Source of the DNA: a virus
Direction: 5' to 3' (one strand)
DNA length: 64,000 bases
IMG/VR virus record: IMGVR_UViG_3300032288_003949
Coordinates: 16,926 to 80,925 of that record
Shown piece after piece: positions 7,786 to 19,600 of this stretch (positions are counted from its first letter, which is position 1; each line of letters opens with the position of its first letter). A program made the translations under genes and the position numbers. The notes beneath the pieces are model-generated. The model saw only the letters and a list, made by a program, of their open reading frames with translations, was not told the origin of the DNA and did not search any database.

Positions 7786-10700
7786 ACTGCGCGGACCCGT
7801 CCGTTTGCTTTGACCAGACCCAGCTCGCTGGCGGATCCGTGCAGCTTCCAGACGAGTACCCAGCCGCCCGTCATGCTTTTGACCTTGACCCACTTGCTCT
7901 TGTCGCCCTTCACCGTGAAGTCTGCTCCGTCCGGAAGGTCGCCCACCTTTTCATGCTTATACTTTCCGCCGGATCCGTAGGCTGACTTGTAGAAGTTCAG
8001 CTCAATCTTGGGTGCTGCGGCTACTTCTTCGGCTGTGAAGTTCGGGCCAAGTCCAGGTGTTGTCACTGCTTCCGAGGTGGCGGTTGGCGGAGGCTCTGAG
8101 AACTCTCTGGCCACGCCGTCCAGCGTCAGGTCATCTGTCAGCGGAATGTTCTTCGTTTCGCCTGTGGTCATGTCTTTTAGGTAGATCTGTTGGCCTGTGT
8201 TGTTCTTCTGGCCTATAGCAATTACGGAGAAGGTTTTTCCACCTGCTTCAAACTCCACTTCTGCATAGCCTGTCTGAGTGCTGTCCACTACATTCTTCAG
8301 CAGTTCTCCGCCGCTGGGCTCGGTTTCGCTTGCGGTCGGTTCTTCCAGCACTTCGTTTTCCACAAAGACGCTATCTGGAACAGTTTCCCACGAGTGCCAT
8401 GTACTGAAGGAAGTGTCGAATGGGACCATTTCTCCATCGGGTTCAACAAGGTAGCGCCTGAGCTCGCCTTCATAGTCTGCGTCACCGATCATGAATAGCT
8501 CGCCCTTGTAGATGTAATAGGCGTTCGATTCCAAGTTTGTCTTGTCGGCGATGTCGGTCACGGTCATGCCTTGGTTCGGGGTCATGCTGTCCATGATCAT
8601 CGAGGTGGGGGTTTCTGGCACCACTTCCTTCTGCTCCTGATATGGGTGCGGAACGGGCTCTGGTGCGGGCGGGGGGTTCAGCAGTGCGAATGCGTCGACC
8701 GGCGCATCTTGGATTAGCCCTTCGTTGAGGCGTTTACCACGGAGGTCGCCGTTCACCGCATAGTTGCTCACGCCGTCTGTGATGACCGCGTTTGCTCCAC
8801 TCACTTGGACCGACCACAGTTTGCCGGTCTTGTCTTGGAAGATCGTTCCGACAGTCATCTCGCCGATCTTGTCGTGCTTATACTTTCCGCCTGACCCATA
8901 GGCCGACTTGTATGGCTCAATCTCAGCTTGTGGCAGATCGCTGATCTCGTCGGCGACCGTCACCTTCTCTTGAGCGACTTCGTTCTCGTCTAAGAGGTCG
9001 TAGATTATGAGTCCTGTAGGCGGAGGGTTTGCGCCGAATAGCTTTTCGGTTTCTCCAAGCGTGATTTCGGTAATTGGCGCTGCTTCTGGCGCTTCTGAGA
9101 CGAGGATCCGAACCTGGCCTTCGTTATTTTCCTGCACCTTGTAAAACTGCTTTGCGGAGTCGTCGTAGAACACAACGCCCACCTTTAGGTTCTTGGCTGG
9201 TGCGTTTGCCATGATTCCAGCCGCTGCTTTCGCTTCCTCGTTGGTCAGCGTGGGAACTTGGGTCGTCACTGCTTCCGGCTGTTTCCACGCTGTCGCTGCC
9301 AACTTCGTGTCGTAAAAGAACACCTTGTCTTGTTCAGCGAGCTCTTGAAAGGCATTGTCTACGGTCTTGCCTGTGAGCAGATCTCCGAGTGTCTCGTTCT
9401 TCGTCAGTTTGAATTCGTCGACCACCATAGCGTTTTCAGGACTCACGCTACCCTTTCCGACGGGGCCAGATCCTGTGTAGTCTTCTACTGAGACCTGTTC
9501 GATTATCGCTTCGTCAGGGTCTACGGTTTTCACCTGATACAGCACAACCATGCCGTCGGATGCTCGCTTGTGCTGTATCACCGTTCCTTCTTTGAGCTCA
9601 GCTGCTGGAACCTTTAGGAGCACATCTCCCACTTGCTCCGCTACTTCTTGGGAGATCAGTTTGCCTGCGGTTTCCGCTTTGGTAACCGGCATGTCGCTCG
9701 GCGGAGGCGGCTCTGTGTTTACTGGCGCTCCTGATTTATGGTCTGCTTCTCCAGGAGTTCCGCCCTGCGGTTTCAGAACGGCTACCTTCTTGGTCTTCGG
9801 CGAGCTTCCCTTCTTGCCGTTGTCCATATTCTGCCATTCGATCTTGTTGCCGTCCTTGCCAATCACCTTGTAGGGGCGGACGGTCTTGCCGGATCCGCCG
9901 TGGAACATCTCGCCGATGCTCAGGTTCTGCAGCGTAGTTTCCCCGCTCGGCAGCCACGCTGAGGGGTCGAACAGGTCTTTCAGCGCTGGGTCATCCGGCG
10001 CGAGCTGGACAACGGTGCCGCCTGCGGGCTTGACAGAGACGATTCCATCCTTCTTCACGCTGGTAATCGTGTGCTTCTTGCCTTGGTAGGCGAGCGTCAT
10101 CCCCTTTGCGGGCTGCAGGGTTTGACCTGCCACATAGCCCGTAGCTGGGACCAGTCGCGTGGTGGCGAAGTCAGCATTTATCGTGCCTTGGATGCCTGTT
10201 TCCAGATCGCGAACCGTAAGCCTGTCATCAGAGATGCTCATGCTCGCTGGGACTTGGCTAAGTTCGTATGGTGTTCCATCGACCTTGAACTTGTCGCCGA
10301 CTTGCATGTTTCTGATCAGGATCGGATCCTCTGCCGCGAACTGCCAAGCTGCTGGATCCCAGTCTGTCTCATCCTTTAGCGGCTTGACATTTCCCTTCAG
10401 GAAGTAGTAGGTGTTGGCCCCGTCGCCTTCGAAGGCATAGCTGTCGCCGTCGAACATGAGCTTGCCGTCGCTGCCCTTGACGATCTTGTGGTAGCGCAGG
10501 CCAAAGTTGTTGGTCTTATCTGGCCCGATCCAGTAGAGAGTTCCCTTCATTCCAATCATGAAGTCTCCCGCCTTGACACCGGCTTCGGCAGCGACTCGCG
10601 GTTCTGGTCGACCCTTTTCGTCTACATGTTTGAACGGAAGGTCACCGTGTTTCGCTTTCAGTTGCTCCGGCGTGTATGGCTCTCCCTTAATCTCAGGAAT

Positions 10701-13127
10701 GTCTTTGTAGTCGGCGAAGGCTTCAAGGGCTGCCGGTGGCGGCGGCTTCAGGCTCTTTTGAGACATGATGATCTCTGGCGGGATAACGATTGGCAGGTCT
10801 GCGCCCTTGTCGATGTGTTCGCGCAGTCGTTCTAGCCATGCGCCAGCGCGGGGCTGCTTACTCTCCACCTGCAAGAACTTTCGTGCCTTTATGCTGAGCT
10901 CTGGGAACCGAAAGACCATCGACCGCTTGGGATCGACCTTTACCTGCGGAACGATGGCGATCTCCCTTTCCGACCCGAACATCCCAAGCCAGTTATTGAC
11001 CGTCGTTGCCAGAACGATGTGGCGAATTGACAGGGCTGTCGCCACGATGGTGTTTCCGAAGCCGAGAGAAGCATCGATGTTGAACGACTGGCTAAGGCCG
11101 GAGAAGAGCCATCGATCCTTGAACAGCTTTTTCCACCACGCCACATTGTCGTTCGATCCGTGGAAGACCGTCAAGCTCGGCGAGCGGGTGCGGTTGTAAA
11201 GATCCCATGCGTAGAGATCTCGGAGCCGTCCTTGGAGATCCATGCCTTTAGAGCGTTGCTCAAGTGCGCTCTTGCCACTCTCCCCCGTGCCGGAGAAGCT
11301 CGCAAGGGAAAGGGTTCCACCCGATGAGCCCCCGTATTGGCTGTTGTGGGCTTGCTTAACCATGTTGACGATCTCGCTGTCGAAGTCAGCTTCGATTTCC
11401 TTGACCATCTGCTTTATCGGCGCTCCACTCTTCCACTTCCCGAAGCGCTGCATCACATCGATGTAGTGCATCTGCTCAATGAGCCCGAACTGTTCCCATT
11501 GGTCTTCGCTTAGATTGGAGTCCTTGGGCAGCGCCAGCGTGGGATCGTGGGTGCTGGATTCGACATAGGGCTCCACCATGCGGACATTGCTCGTTTCGTG
11601 CATGGTCTGCTTCCCGCCTGCGACGAGCTTCTTGGGCTTTGCGGGTTTCACGCCGCCAAGTTCGGTCGGTTTGCCAGGGGTGTCTTTCGGGTCGATTACT
11701 CGGACTTCGACCTTCTTCTTGTCGCCGCTTGCTTCGTCCAGCACGACTTTGCCCTGCAGGATGTGAGCTACTTCCCATTCCTGTCCATCAAGTGTGAGCA
11801 GGTCGCCGACCCTTACTTTCTGCCCCGCTTTGCCCGTCATGGTGCTGGGGTAGATCGGGTGCTCTGCGTCTTCGGTAGCTGTCCAGCCGCCAGCAGGCGA
11901 CGCCATTCCGGATGGCATGTCCTCCAGCTCAATCGTGCCAATCTGTTGCTCTAACTTATCGATGAATAGAGGCAGGATCGATTCGATGCCTTCGTTATGT
12001 GTAACTGGGATATTGAAGCTCATGAGCTTTCCCCAGTCCCGCCATCTGCTTACGGGATTTTGAAAGTAGTCACGAATTTCTTCAGCCGTTGCTTTCAGTG
12101 TTATCGATTTAGCGGCTGGACTTGTCTGGAGGAACTCGCGCTCCTTGGCAATCAGTTTCAGAAGCGATTGCCTTAGACCCTCCGGACCGTCGTAACCCTC
12201 CGCTTCTATGTACTGCATAAGAACTGGAAACTTTTGGGCTTCCGTAAAATCTAGGCTCTCCACGAGCTTCATCGTGGCTGTCGCGGTAGCGGCTTCATCA
12301 ACATAGAGCTCCAGTTCAAGATCGCGCCGCTCTAGTGTGCCGGTAGCCACCTGAGAGTCTTTATGAAACCAGACTTCCTCCTCGTTTTGCCGATCTGTTT
12401 GCGTAATTAGCGTTAGGGGCTTTCCATAGCCATCTGAGTCCACTCCAATTTCAACAAAGCTCAGGGCGACTATGGGGCTCTCGCTCCAGCTACGAATCGT
12501 TTCTGCGTCTGGTGGCGGCGTTCCGACGGGTTGCCCGCGAAACAAAGTCGGGCTGGGTGCTTTTTGCCGCTGAAGTTCGAAGTAGAGAGCGGCGGCTGTG
12601 CTGTGGGGGTCAAGGCTAGGGTCTATGGCCTCGCCCGCCCTTGCCGTTCCAAAGAAGAAGTGTTCTCCCTCATCCGCAAGCACCCAGTGCGCCAAGCCAG
12701 CTATGACACGAGCTTCATGTAGCTCGTCGGGCGTATAGGCTTTTGCCGCTGGTGATGCCATTGCCTTTTGCATTTCTTGGCGTATGGTCGTCCGTCTAGA
12801 GTTGCGACGGGCGGCATCTTCCTTCGTCATGGCGGGGGTTGCCACACTTCTGGGTAGGCCGCTGGGTGAAGCCATAGGCCCAAGCGGAGCTGGGGATGCC
12901 ATGCCGCGTGGTCTGTCTGGGGTTTCGATGAACCTGCCGCGTCGGTTGCGCGGGTGCAGCATGGGATCGAAGTCGGCGGTGAACAGGCTCCTGATCACCC
13001 GTCCAGCGCGGTTCAGAACGCGACCTTCTTGCAGGTCTATTTCTTCTTGCTCAGTAGCGAGCAGACCAGTAGGGTCATCTGGTCGCAGGTCTTCCGGCGG
13101 CGTAGTGGGTTCTAGACGGATCGGCAC
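7782..13127 (-). CDS. 1781-aa multidomain head-region protein: HPRxxxGRF motif, 4 MASP motifs, two ADP-ribosyltransferase-like domains, SH3/KOW-like repeats
   Basis: LFRGQ..RSWSES..ALSF..NEEEV; TVFHGS..LSQS..SEREI; repeated (V/L)xxGD/E modules; YKSAYGSGGKYKH twice; TACAAT 6 nt before GTG. Confidence 0.85.
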   Translation of the reverse strand: MPIRLEPTTPPEDLRPDDPTGLLATEQEEIDLQEGRVLNRAGRVIRSLFTADFDPMLHPRNRRGRFIETPDRPRGMASPAPLGPMASPSGLPRSVATPAMTKEDAARRNSRRTTIRQEMQKAMASPAAKAYTPDELHEARVIAGLAHWVLADEGEHFFFGTARAGEAIDPSLDPHSTAAALYFELQRQKAPSPTLFRGQPVGTPPPDAETIRSWSESPIVALSFVEIGVDSDGYGKPLTLITQTDRQNEEEVWFHKDSQVATGTLERRDLELELYVDEAATATATMKLVESLDFTEAQKFPVLMQYIEAEGYDGPEGLRQSLLKLIAKEREFLQTSPAAKSITLKATAEEIRDYFQNPVSRWRDWGKLMSFNIPVTHNEGIESILPLFIDKLEQQIGTIELEDMPSGMASPAGGWTATEDAEHPIYPSTMTGKAGQKVRVGDLLTLDGQEWEVAHILQGKVVLDEASGDKKKVEVRVIDPKDTPGKPTELGGVKPAKPKKLVAGGKQTMHETSNVRMVEPYVESSTHDPTLALPKDSNLSEDQWEQFGLIEQMHYIDVMQRFGKWKSGAPIKQMVKEIEADFDSEIVNMVKQAHNSQYGGSSGGTLSLASFSGTGESGKSALEQRSKGMDLQGRLRDLYAWDLYNRTRSPSLTVFHGSNDNVAWWKKLFKDRWLFSGLSQSFNIDASLGFGNTIVATALSIRHIVLATTVNNWLGMFGSEREIAIVPQVKVDPKRSMVFRFPELSIKARKFLQVESKQPRAGAWLERLREHIDKGADLPIVIPPEIIMSQKSLKPPPPAALEAFADYKDIPEIKGEPYTPEQLKAKHGDLPFKHVDEKGRPEPRVAAEAGVKAGDFMIGMKGTLYWIGPDKTNNFGLRYHKIVKGSDGKLMFDGDSYAFEGDGANTYYFLKGNVKPLKDETDWDPAAWQFAAEDPILIRNMQVGDKFKVDGTPYELSQVPASMSISDDRLTVRDLETGIQGTINADFATTRLVPATGYVAGQTLQPAKGMTLAYQGKKHTITSVKKDGIVSVKPAGGTVVQLAPDDPALKDLFDPSAWLPSGETTLQNLSIGEMFHGGSGKTVRPYKVIGKDGNKIEWQNMDNGKKGSSPKTKKVAVLKPQGGTPGEADHKSGAPVNTEPPPPSDMPVTKAETAGKLISQEVAEQVGDVLLKVPAAELKEGTVIQHKRASDGMVVLYQVKTVDPDEAIIEQVSVEDYTGSGPVGKGSVSPENAMVVDEFKLTKNETLGDLLTGKTVDNAFQELAEQDKVFFYDTKLAATAWKQPEAVTTQVPTLTNEEAKAAAGIMANAPAKNLKVGVVFYDDSAKQFYKVQENNEGQVRILVSEAPEAAPITEITLGETEKLFGANPPPTGLIIYDLLDENEVAQEKVTVADEISDLPQAEIEPYKSAYGSGGKYKHDKIGEMTVGTIFQDKTGKLWSVQVSGANAVITDGVSNYAVNGDLRGKRLNEGLIQDAPVDAFALLNPPPAPEPVPHPYQEQKEVVPETPTSMIMDSMTPNQGMTVTDIADKTNLESNAYYIYKGELFMIGDADYEGELRRYLVEPDGEMVPFDTSFSTWHSWETVPDSVFVENEVLEEPTASETEPSGGELLKNVVDSTQTGYAEVEFEAGGKTFSVIAIGQKNNTGQQIYLKDMTTGETKNIPLTDDLTLDGVAREFSEPPPTATSEAVTTPGLGPNFTAEEVAAAPKIELNFYKSAYGSGGKYKHEKVGDLPDGADFTVKGDKSKWVKVKSMTGGWVLVWKLHGSASELGLVKANGRVRAV

Positions 13128-13147
13128 AGATCCATTGTAATGCCGGT

Positions 13148-13372
13148 TCAGCGCATCGTTCGAAGGAAGTGAGCGTGTGCCAATTCGTTAGCTGGCACCC
13201 TTCCGCAGACTCCCTTGAAGGCCTTCTCTAGCTCGCTGCGCGTGTTAGCGCCCTGTCGCTGCTGGTGCTGGTAATAGCGCTTCCACTTCCCGCGCACCAC
13301 GATATGGCGGGTTGCCCGCTTCTGCTGGTGCTTTGTCAGCGCCCGCTGCCCGCGCTTGCGTAGGATGCTCAC
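13148..13372 (-). CDS. Small basic hypothetical protein
   Basis: GTGA coupling to 13369..13608. Confidence 0.55.
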   Translation of the reverse strand: MSILRKRGQRALTKHQQKRATRHIVVRGKWKRYYQHQQRQGANTRSELEKAFKGVCGRVPANELAHAHFLRTMR

Positions 13373-13608
13373 TCTGGACCGTCCATCAGGCCAGCGTAGA
13401 GACTGTCAAACCAAGCTCGCTGCCATTGCAGGATCATCTTGTCGGCCAGCCGCTCTCCGAACTCCTGTGCCAGATAGTCATGAAACTGGGCTGCCATCAT
13501 CGCCCACTGTTTCAGCGATTCTGCGTGTGCGTCGAACCTGCTCTGCGAGAACGCAAGCTCGTCGGCGAGATCGTCTGGGAGCTTCGGCGGTTCGGGCATC
13601 TCGTCCAT
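13369..13608 (-). CDS. Small acidic hypothetical protein immediately downstream of the MuF fusion
   Basis: ORF track; TAGTCT 6 nt before ATG. Confidence 0.65.
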   Translation of the reverse strand: MDEMPEPPKLPDDLADELAFSQSRFDAHAESLKQWAMMAAQFHDYLAQEFGERLADKMILQWQRAWFDSLYAGLMDGPE

Positions 13609-13617
13609 ACAGAAAGA

Positions 13618-16600
13618 CTAGCGCGGGACGGAGACGGCTTGGAGTATGACCGCTCCGTTTTCCTGCAGCACAGCTTGTATCTGGAGTTTCGTGTTTCGCC
13701 CCATCAGCAGAGCACCATCTGGCGCGTCCAAGCCTTCGGCTGCAGGCATCACCACGCTGGATCCAGCTGGTATCTGGACCTTGACCGCCACAACTCCTGG
13801 AGTCGGGGCGAAGTCGGTTTGCAGCGGCAGGTAGGACTTATCGGCCATCCACTCGCCTTCCAAGTCTTCGGGATTCTCTAGCGGTTCTGGCAGGACTGCC
13901 CATGCCGTCATGTCTTCGTCGGTCTTCGACATGGGACTACGGAAAAGCTCGTCTAGCGTTGCGATGGTGTCAGCTATTTCTTCTGTTGCTTCTTCTTTCG
14001 GGGCTCCTGAGCGGAGATGATCGTCGATTGCCGTTCGGTCGTCTCCTAGGTAGGCTTCCATAGCAAGGTCTTCTTCCGGTAGTGATGGGAACTCACGCTG
14101 TTCGAAGTAGTCGGTGATCTCGTCGCCCTGCAGCGGTTCTGGTATGCCTTCTTCGCCACGCGAGAAGCGCTCTAGCCATGCCACACGCTCTTTCAGGCTG
14201 GTGCGGATCCGCTCGCGCATCGCTTCGTCCTTGAATGGCGCTGCGTCCACGAGTTCGTCAATTCGTTCTGGCGTAAGGCGTAGTGCCGCGTCTTTTGCTC
14301 CGGCTTGCATGCCAGCTTCGGTGATTTCCATGCGGCCATTGGCCTGACCGCGCCCGCTTTGCATCGTCCAGAGCTCTGTCGGGACCGATCCGAAGCTCTT
14401 GCGCTCGCCTTGGGCGCGGAACTCCAGGGTTCCGCCTTGGTCTAGGCGGACAGGCTGGTCGCCGTTCCACAGGATGTTGTCTTGTGTCAGACCGATGACA
14501 TCCCAGTTAGCCAGCAGCGCATCTGCCACGAATCCTTCTGCCAGATCTGCGTTGGGTTCGCTCCAGCGCCTTTGTTCACCGTCTACCAGCGGGTAGGTGA
14601 CGGCGATCTGGTCGCCATATGTCGGATGGCGGCTGATTCCTACTCCTGCGTTAGAGACTGTGACTCCCAGATCCCTATAGATGGCGTTTGCCAACAGTTC
14701 GGTTGCTACGCGGTCTGAGTCGCCGCGATATGCCTTGACGAGCCACTTGTTGCCGTCAGGATCCTCTGCGATCCGTGCGTCGTTGGATCCACCTGCGCCC
14801 TTTATGTCCTGAAGTTCGACATCCGTGTATTCGGGTATGCCTTCGACTGGCTCTGGTGGAGCTTCCAGCATTGAGCGACCTAGGTCGTCTTCTTTGCCCT
14901 TGTTGCCCTTGAGCAGGTTGAAGATGTTAGGCGAAGCCATAGGCGAAGCCATCTCTACTGGCGAAGCCATGCTGCCAGTTCCGAGCAGCCTTTGTGCTCG
15001 TTGCACCATTTCATCGACCCGCTGATTCCAGACTTCGCGGGAGGGGCTATCTACTGGGATGATGTTTTTGAGTTCGTCATGGAAATCTGTATCTGTCGCG
15101 ATGCGAGTTACCGCTTCTCGTTGACTATCGCTGAGGGTGGCAGGAAGCGACTGCACAAGGGTCGCTCCCGTTCCGTCTGTGTAACCAAGCTCGCGCTCGC
15201 GGATTTTTTCGTATCTTTCGCCTGAACCAAAGCTTAGATCGTGATCGATGGCGTAGAAAACGGTATTGGGAATAGTTTCGTACTGTTTGTGCACGAGCAG
15301 GTTACCCATGTGCCGATCTGTATTGCCAATGATGTCGTCAAGAATAGCGAGATTTTGGAACGCTGGCGAGTTCCGTGTTTCGTCTTCTTGCAAGTCAAGC
15401 ACTCCGCTGCCCGCCACGGTTGGCAGTCTTTCCCCGTTTACCTTCAGTTCTTGTTGGATTAGTTCTGGGATCCGCACTTGGTCAAGCGATATTTCCCGCT
15501 CTTGCTGCCCCTCCAGGCTTCTGAAGGTGGCAAGGTTGTTGTCCCAGTCAATTTCCTGTAGGTAGCCGCGCTCGCCACCCACATCTACCACCACATTGCG
15601 AGTTCTTGGGTTCGTCGGGTTATCTGCCAACCGCTGCTGATTGCCTTCATCTACCTTCTTTAGTGCCGCAAGTGACTCTTCGTTGCCGACGAGACGGGTT
15701 GCGACACTTGCCACTGGCACTCCAAGGATATCTGCGACCTTTTCGGCGGCTAGGTTGGGGGCTTCATCATGGCCGTCAACTGTAATTTTCGCGTTAGGTG
15801 ATCCCCAGTCGCGGTTGTTGTAGAAGGGTCTAACCAAGACATCCGTGTCACCAACTTTCGCTGCTGTGACGGAAGCGACATCGTAAAAACTTCCCGACTG
15901 ATATTGCACGGCGATGTCGACGACTCGGTCGGTCAGTTCTTGCTCTGAAATGTTCATCTTTGGCGTTTGGTTCGGTGACTTCATGCTTTCGACCGCTTGC
16001 TTAAACTTCGTGCGCTCTCGCCGGTAGACCGGCGAAGCCATCGCCTGCTCAAACCTTGCCTTATCAGCTGCTAGGACATCGTCCATCACGCCTGCTTCTT
16101 CTTGGATCTTTCGAATCATGCGGTCGCGATAGCCAGGTTTTCCGCGTTCCTCGGCGGACACTTCGATGACGATGCGCTGCTCATCGATTGAGTCGGGGCT
16201 AAGGATGATTTCTTTTTCCATCAAAGCAATGCTGCGGGTGGTGGGGTTCATCGGTGACTTCTCTTTGTCCATCGCTTCCACGCGCTTGGCCACATCTATC
16301 CCCTTGCCGTTCTGTGTCACATAGACCGTGACCGTAGCGGATCCGTCTGAGTAACCGTGCGTTCCAAAGTGCAGCCCTTGACCTGGATCTGCCGACCATC
16401 CGCGATATCCAGACTCACTTGGCGCTGGCAAGAAGCGGCTCTGGCCCCTGAAAAGAACCTGTCCATCAAAGCTCTCTCCGTTATTTTCGATCTCCCATGC
16501 GAGCGCATCAAGTGCGTCCTGATACTCCGGCTTGGCCTTGGCGCTGCCTACCCAAGCCTGAATACCCGTGTCGACCAGCTCATCGTGTTTCTGCGCGGGT

Positions 16601-19600
16601 TGGTAGGTGGCGGGCGACCGCATCGCGTCGCCGAGTTCTGCCCTTGCCCGCTCGGTCTGAAGTTCCCGATCTGTCGGTCTTCCGATGCCCGTTGGTAGTT
16701 CGCCGGTTCTCCATCCCCACCTTGGGCTGGTGCGCCGCAGGGTTTCGGCCACGCGGGGGTATCGTTCTACGAGAAGCTCTGGGAGAAGCACATGAACAGC
16801 GAAGTCGACGCGCCTGCTCAGGCCGCAGGGAGAGACTCCGCGCCCGCCGACAACCAGTCTGCTGATCGGGGCGTGTTCAGCGTCGTCGGCGTGGCTTGTG
16901 AGCTTATCCATGTCGATGTCATAGGGGTCTATGCCAATTCCGTTGAGTGCGCCTCTCAGGAAGTTTTCTACCGGCCCTTGTCCGTCCTTGAGCGCGTCCA
17001 GCGACATGCCGCTTGCCACTTCACTCAGCATGGCTTCGTCGCTTCGCAGCCTTGGGCCAACGGGCGATGCCATCGCACCCTCTGGGCTCTCGTAGAAGTT
17101 CTGCAGCGGCTGTGCTGCTACCGCCTGTGCCATGCTCTTGCCGAAGCCGCGATTCGCTTTTTCGACCAGCTCCATCCGTTTGTCAAGGGCGTTCTGACGC
17201 ATCTTCTTGGCAGCAGCGATCAGTTCTTGTGGCCAGCCGAGTTTCCCAGCGGCTTCGTCGATGTCCGGCAGGTCTTTTTCCAGTGTCCCGCTGAAGGCGC
17301 TTCCGAAGGTCGTTTCATCGAAGCGGTATGCCATGTGCTGCCCTAGCTGGGCGAAAAGGTCACCTTCATAGGCCCGCTTTGGTTCGATGACGGCTGGGCT
17401 GGCCATGCCTGTTGCTACCAGCGCCGTTTCAGTGTCTTTCGTGTCCGGCTTGCCGAAGTAGTCGTCCATTGACTCCGAGAGCACATCGATGGCGCGTTGA
17501 AGCGCCTCTCGCATGTTCAGGGTTTCGTCTCCTGCTGGACCTTCGCCAGCCTTAGCGCGTATTTCCTGCAGCTTGGACAGGGTCTGCTCCATGTCTTCAC
17601 GACTCGCGTTCTTAATGGCTTTGAGGGGCCCGACGCCGCCGCCGTAATAGTTGTTCCAGGCATGGGATGCGAACCCGTCAAATTCCGTGTTGTTGGGATC
17701 GTCCTGTTGTAACACCGCTGCGATGACTGCAGTGGGCCTCATGAGTCCTTCGGAGTCGTAAAGGGTGTCTTCGTCTGGATCTGCTGGCACGAAATCTTGG
17801 TCAAGCGATGATGCCAGCGTGTCTTGTTCCAGGGTCAGCTGTTCGTCCGACACCTTTTGCTCAGGCTTGTAGCCGCCGTCTTCTAGGGCTTCTCGGACCT
17901 TTGCTCGCAGCCATGTCTCTGCGTTGTCTTCATACTTAACTCCGTCCTTGGTCGGGATCGGACCTTCATCGCCTGTAGCCAGCAAGATGTCGATGCGCCG
18001 ATATCCTTCTAGCGAGCCGCCGTCCATAATGAACTCGGCTTCATCCTCGTATTCGTTGACGACTGGATCTGCAAGCGAGTAGTCTCCCGTTGCCGATGCC
18101 CGCGCTTCCATCTCGGTGCGTATCCAGCGACGCTCAGCGGTATTGTAAGCGCCATCTAGATCAGCGTTAGTGTCGTGGAGTATTTCTTCGACTGCTCCCA
18201 TCCCATCGGCTTGGAACATTTGCACGAGAGCATCCGCGATCTCCTTGGCGCGGCTGGAGCCAGACTGAGCAGACAATATCCAATCCTCTCGTTCTGGGCC
18301 CTCTGGCGGGACTTCGATACCGAGTCGTTCCGCCAAGTAAACAATCTCAAAGTCATCAAGATCCGGAAGAGAAACATCGTATCCCTTGGGCGAGGTGATG
18401 AATTCCCGAATGATTTCTGCCTGATTTTCATTCCCTATCTTGGATCGCATTTCTTCGTAGCCAGCTTCCCTCGCCATCTCTGCCTGTTCAAGCAGATCCT
18501 TTATCTCAACGCCCTTGCCGCCCGTGATCTCGTAGAGGCTGATTATCGCCTTGTCTCCAGGGTCCAGGCCGTCCACCGCTCCAGCCACGCTAGTTTTTCT
18601 TATTCCCGTGCCATCGCGTTTTCTTACTTCGGGGCCGCTGCGGGCAAACTCAAGGGCTGTTTCAAGGCGCTCGCTCCAGCCACGGATTCGGTTGCCCTTG
18701 GGTTCATCGTGCTGGACGGCTTGGCCTCGCCAAAGCAGCCCTTCTTCTGTCTTGTAGGTATCGATCTTCCCGTTATTGACTTCCCAGAGCAGGGCATTGA
18801 CTTCTTCTTCGCTTGAGTTCTTAAGCGCCATGTCTGGGTTTTCCTGCCATCTCTGGACTATCGCTGCCGCCCGTCGAAGGTGCTCTGGGTCATCTCTGCT
18901 CCCTTCGTAGGATGCAGGCGATGCCATTGCCTTGAATTCGTCCAAGGCTGCGTCCGAGGCGAGCTGCCTTGCCAAGCTCTTTCGATCCTTTGGATCGCCG
19001 TCCATTGGGCTTGCCATGCTGCGCGGCCCAACGCGCTGTTCTATGCCTGCGCTTTCAGCATTAGCCAGCCTGTTCGGTGTGGCATACCGCTTACGAGTTC
19101 CATCTGGGCGCTCAATCAGGGCGCTGCCCTTGTCGCCCCTGAACACGACGGATCCGTCGGCGAGTTCCAGCTCATTTCCAGGCTGCAGGGCTTGAACCTT
19201 CCGGATCAGGGCTCGCTTGGGGTCTGAGTAGCGCCTTGGGTCGTATCCGAGCGGCCCAGATACCTTTTTCGGCGTAACGCGGTCTTCGCCGCCTAGGATT
19301 TTCTCAGTTGTTGTCTTTGGGGCCTTGCGGCTGCGGGTATCGGCCTTTGCCCGCCTGATGTCTGTTACCGCAGAGTCCTGCCAGCGCTTGACTTGGCCCG
19401 TTTGCATGCGAACATCGGCGCTGAAGCCGTTATTGTCGACCGCCACGACCTTTTCCAGAGTGCCGACTTGGATGTCGCCGTTCTTGGCCTTTATCCGCAC
19501 CTTGTCGCCTTCGCGGAGCCTGCCGGTGACCTTCTTGCCCCGCAGCGTCTTCTTTCGGGCGCTTCCGACCTTCTTAACATCTGCCATGTTCGGGTATCGG

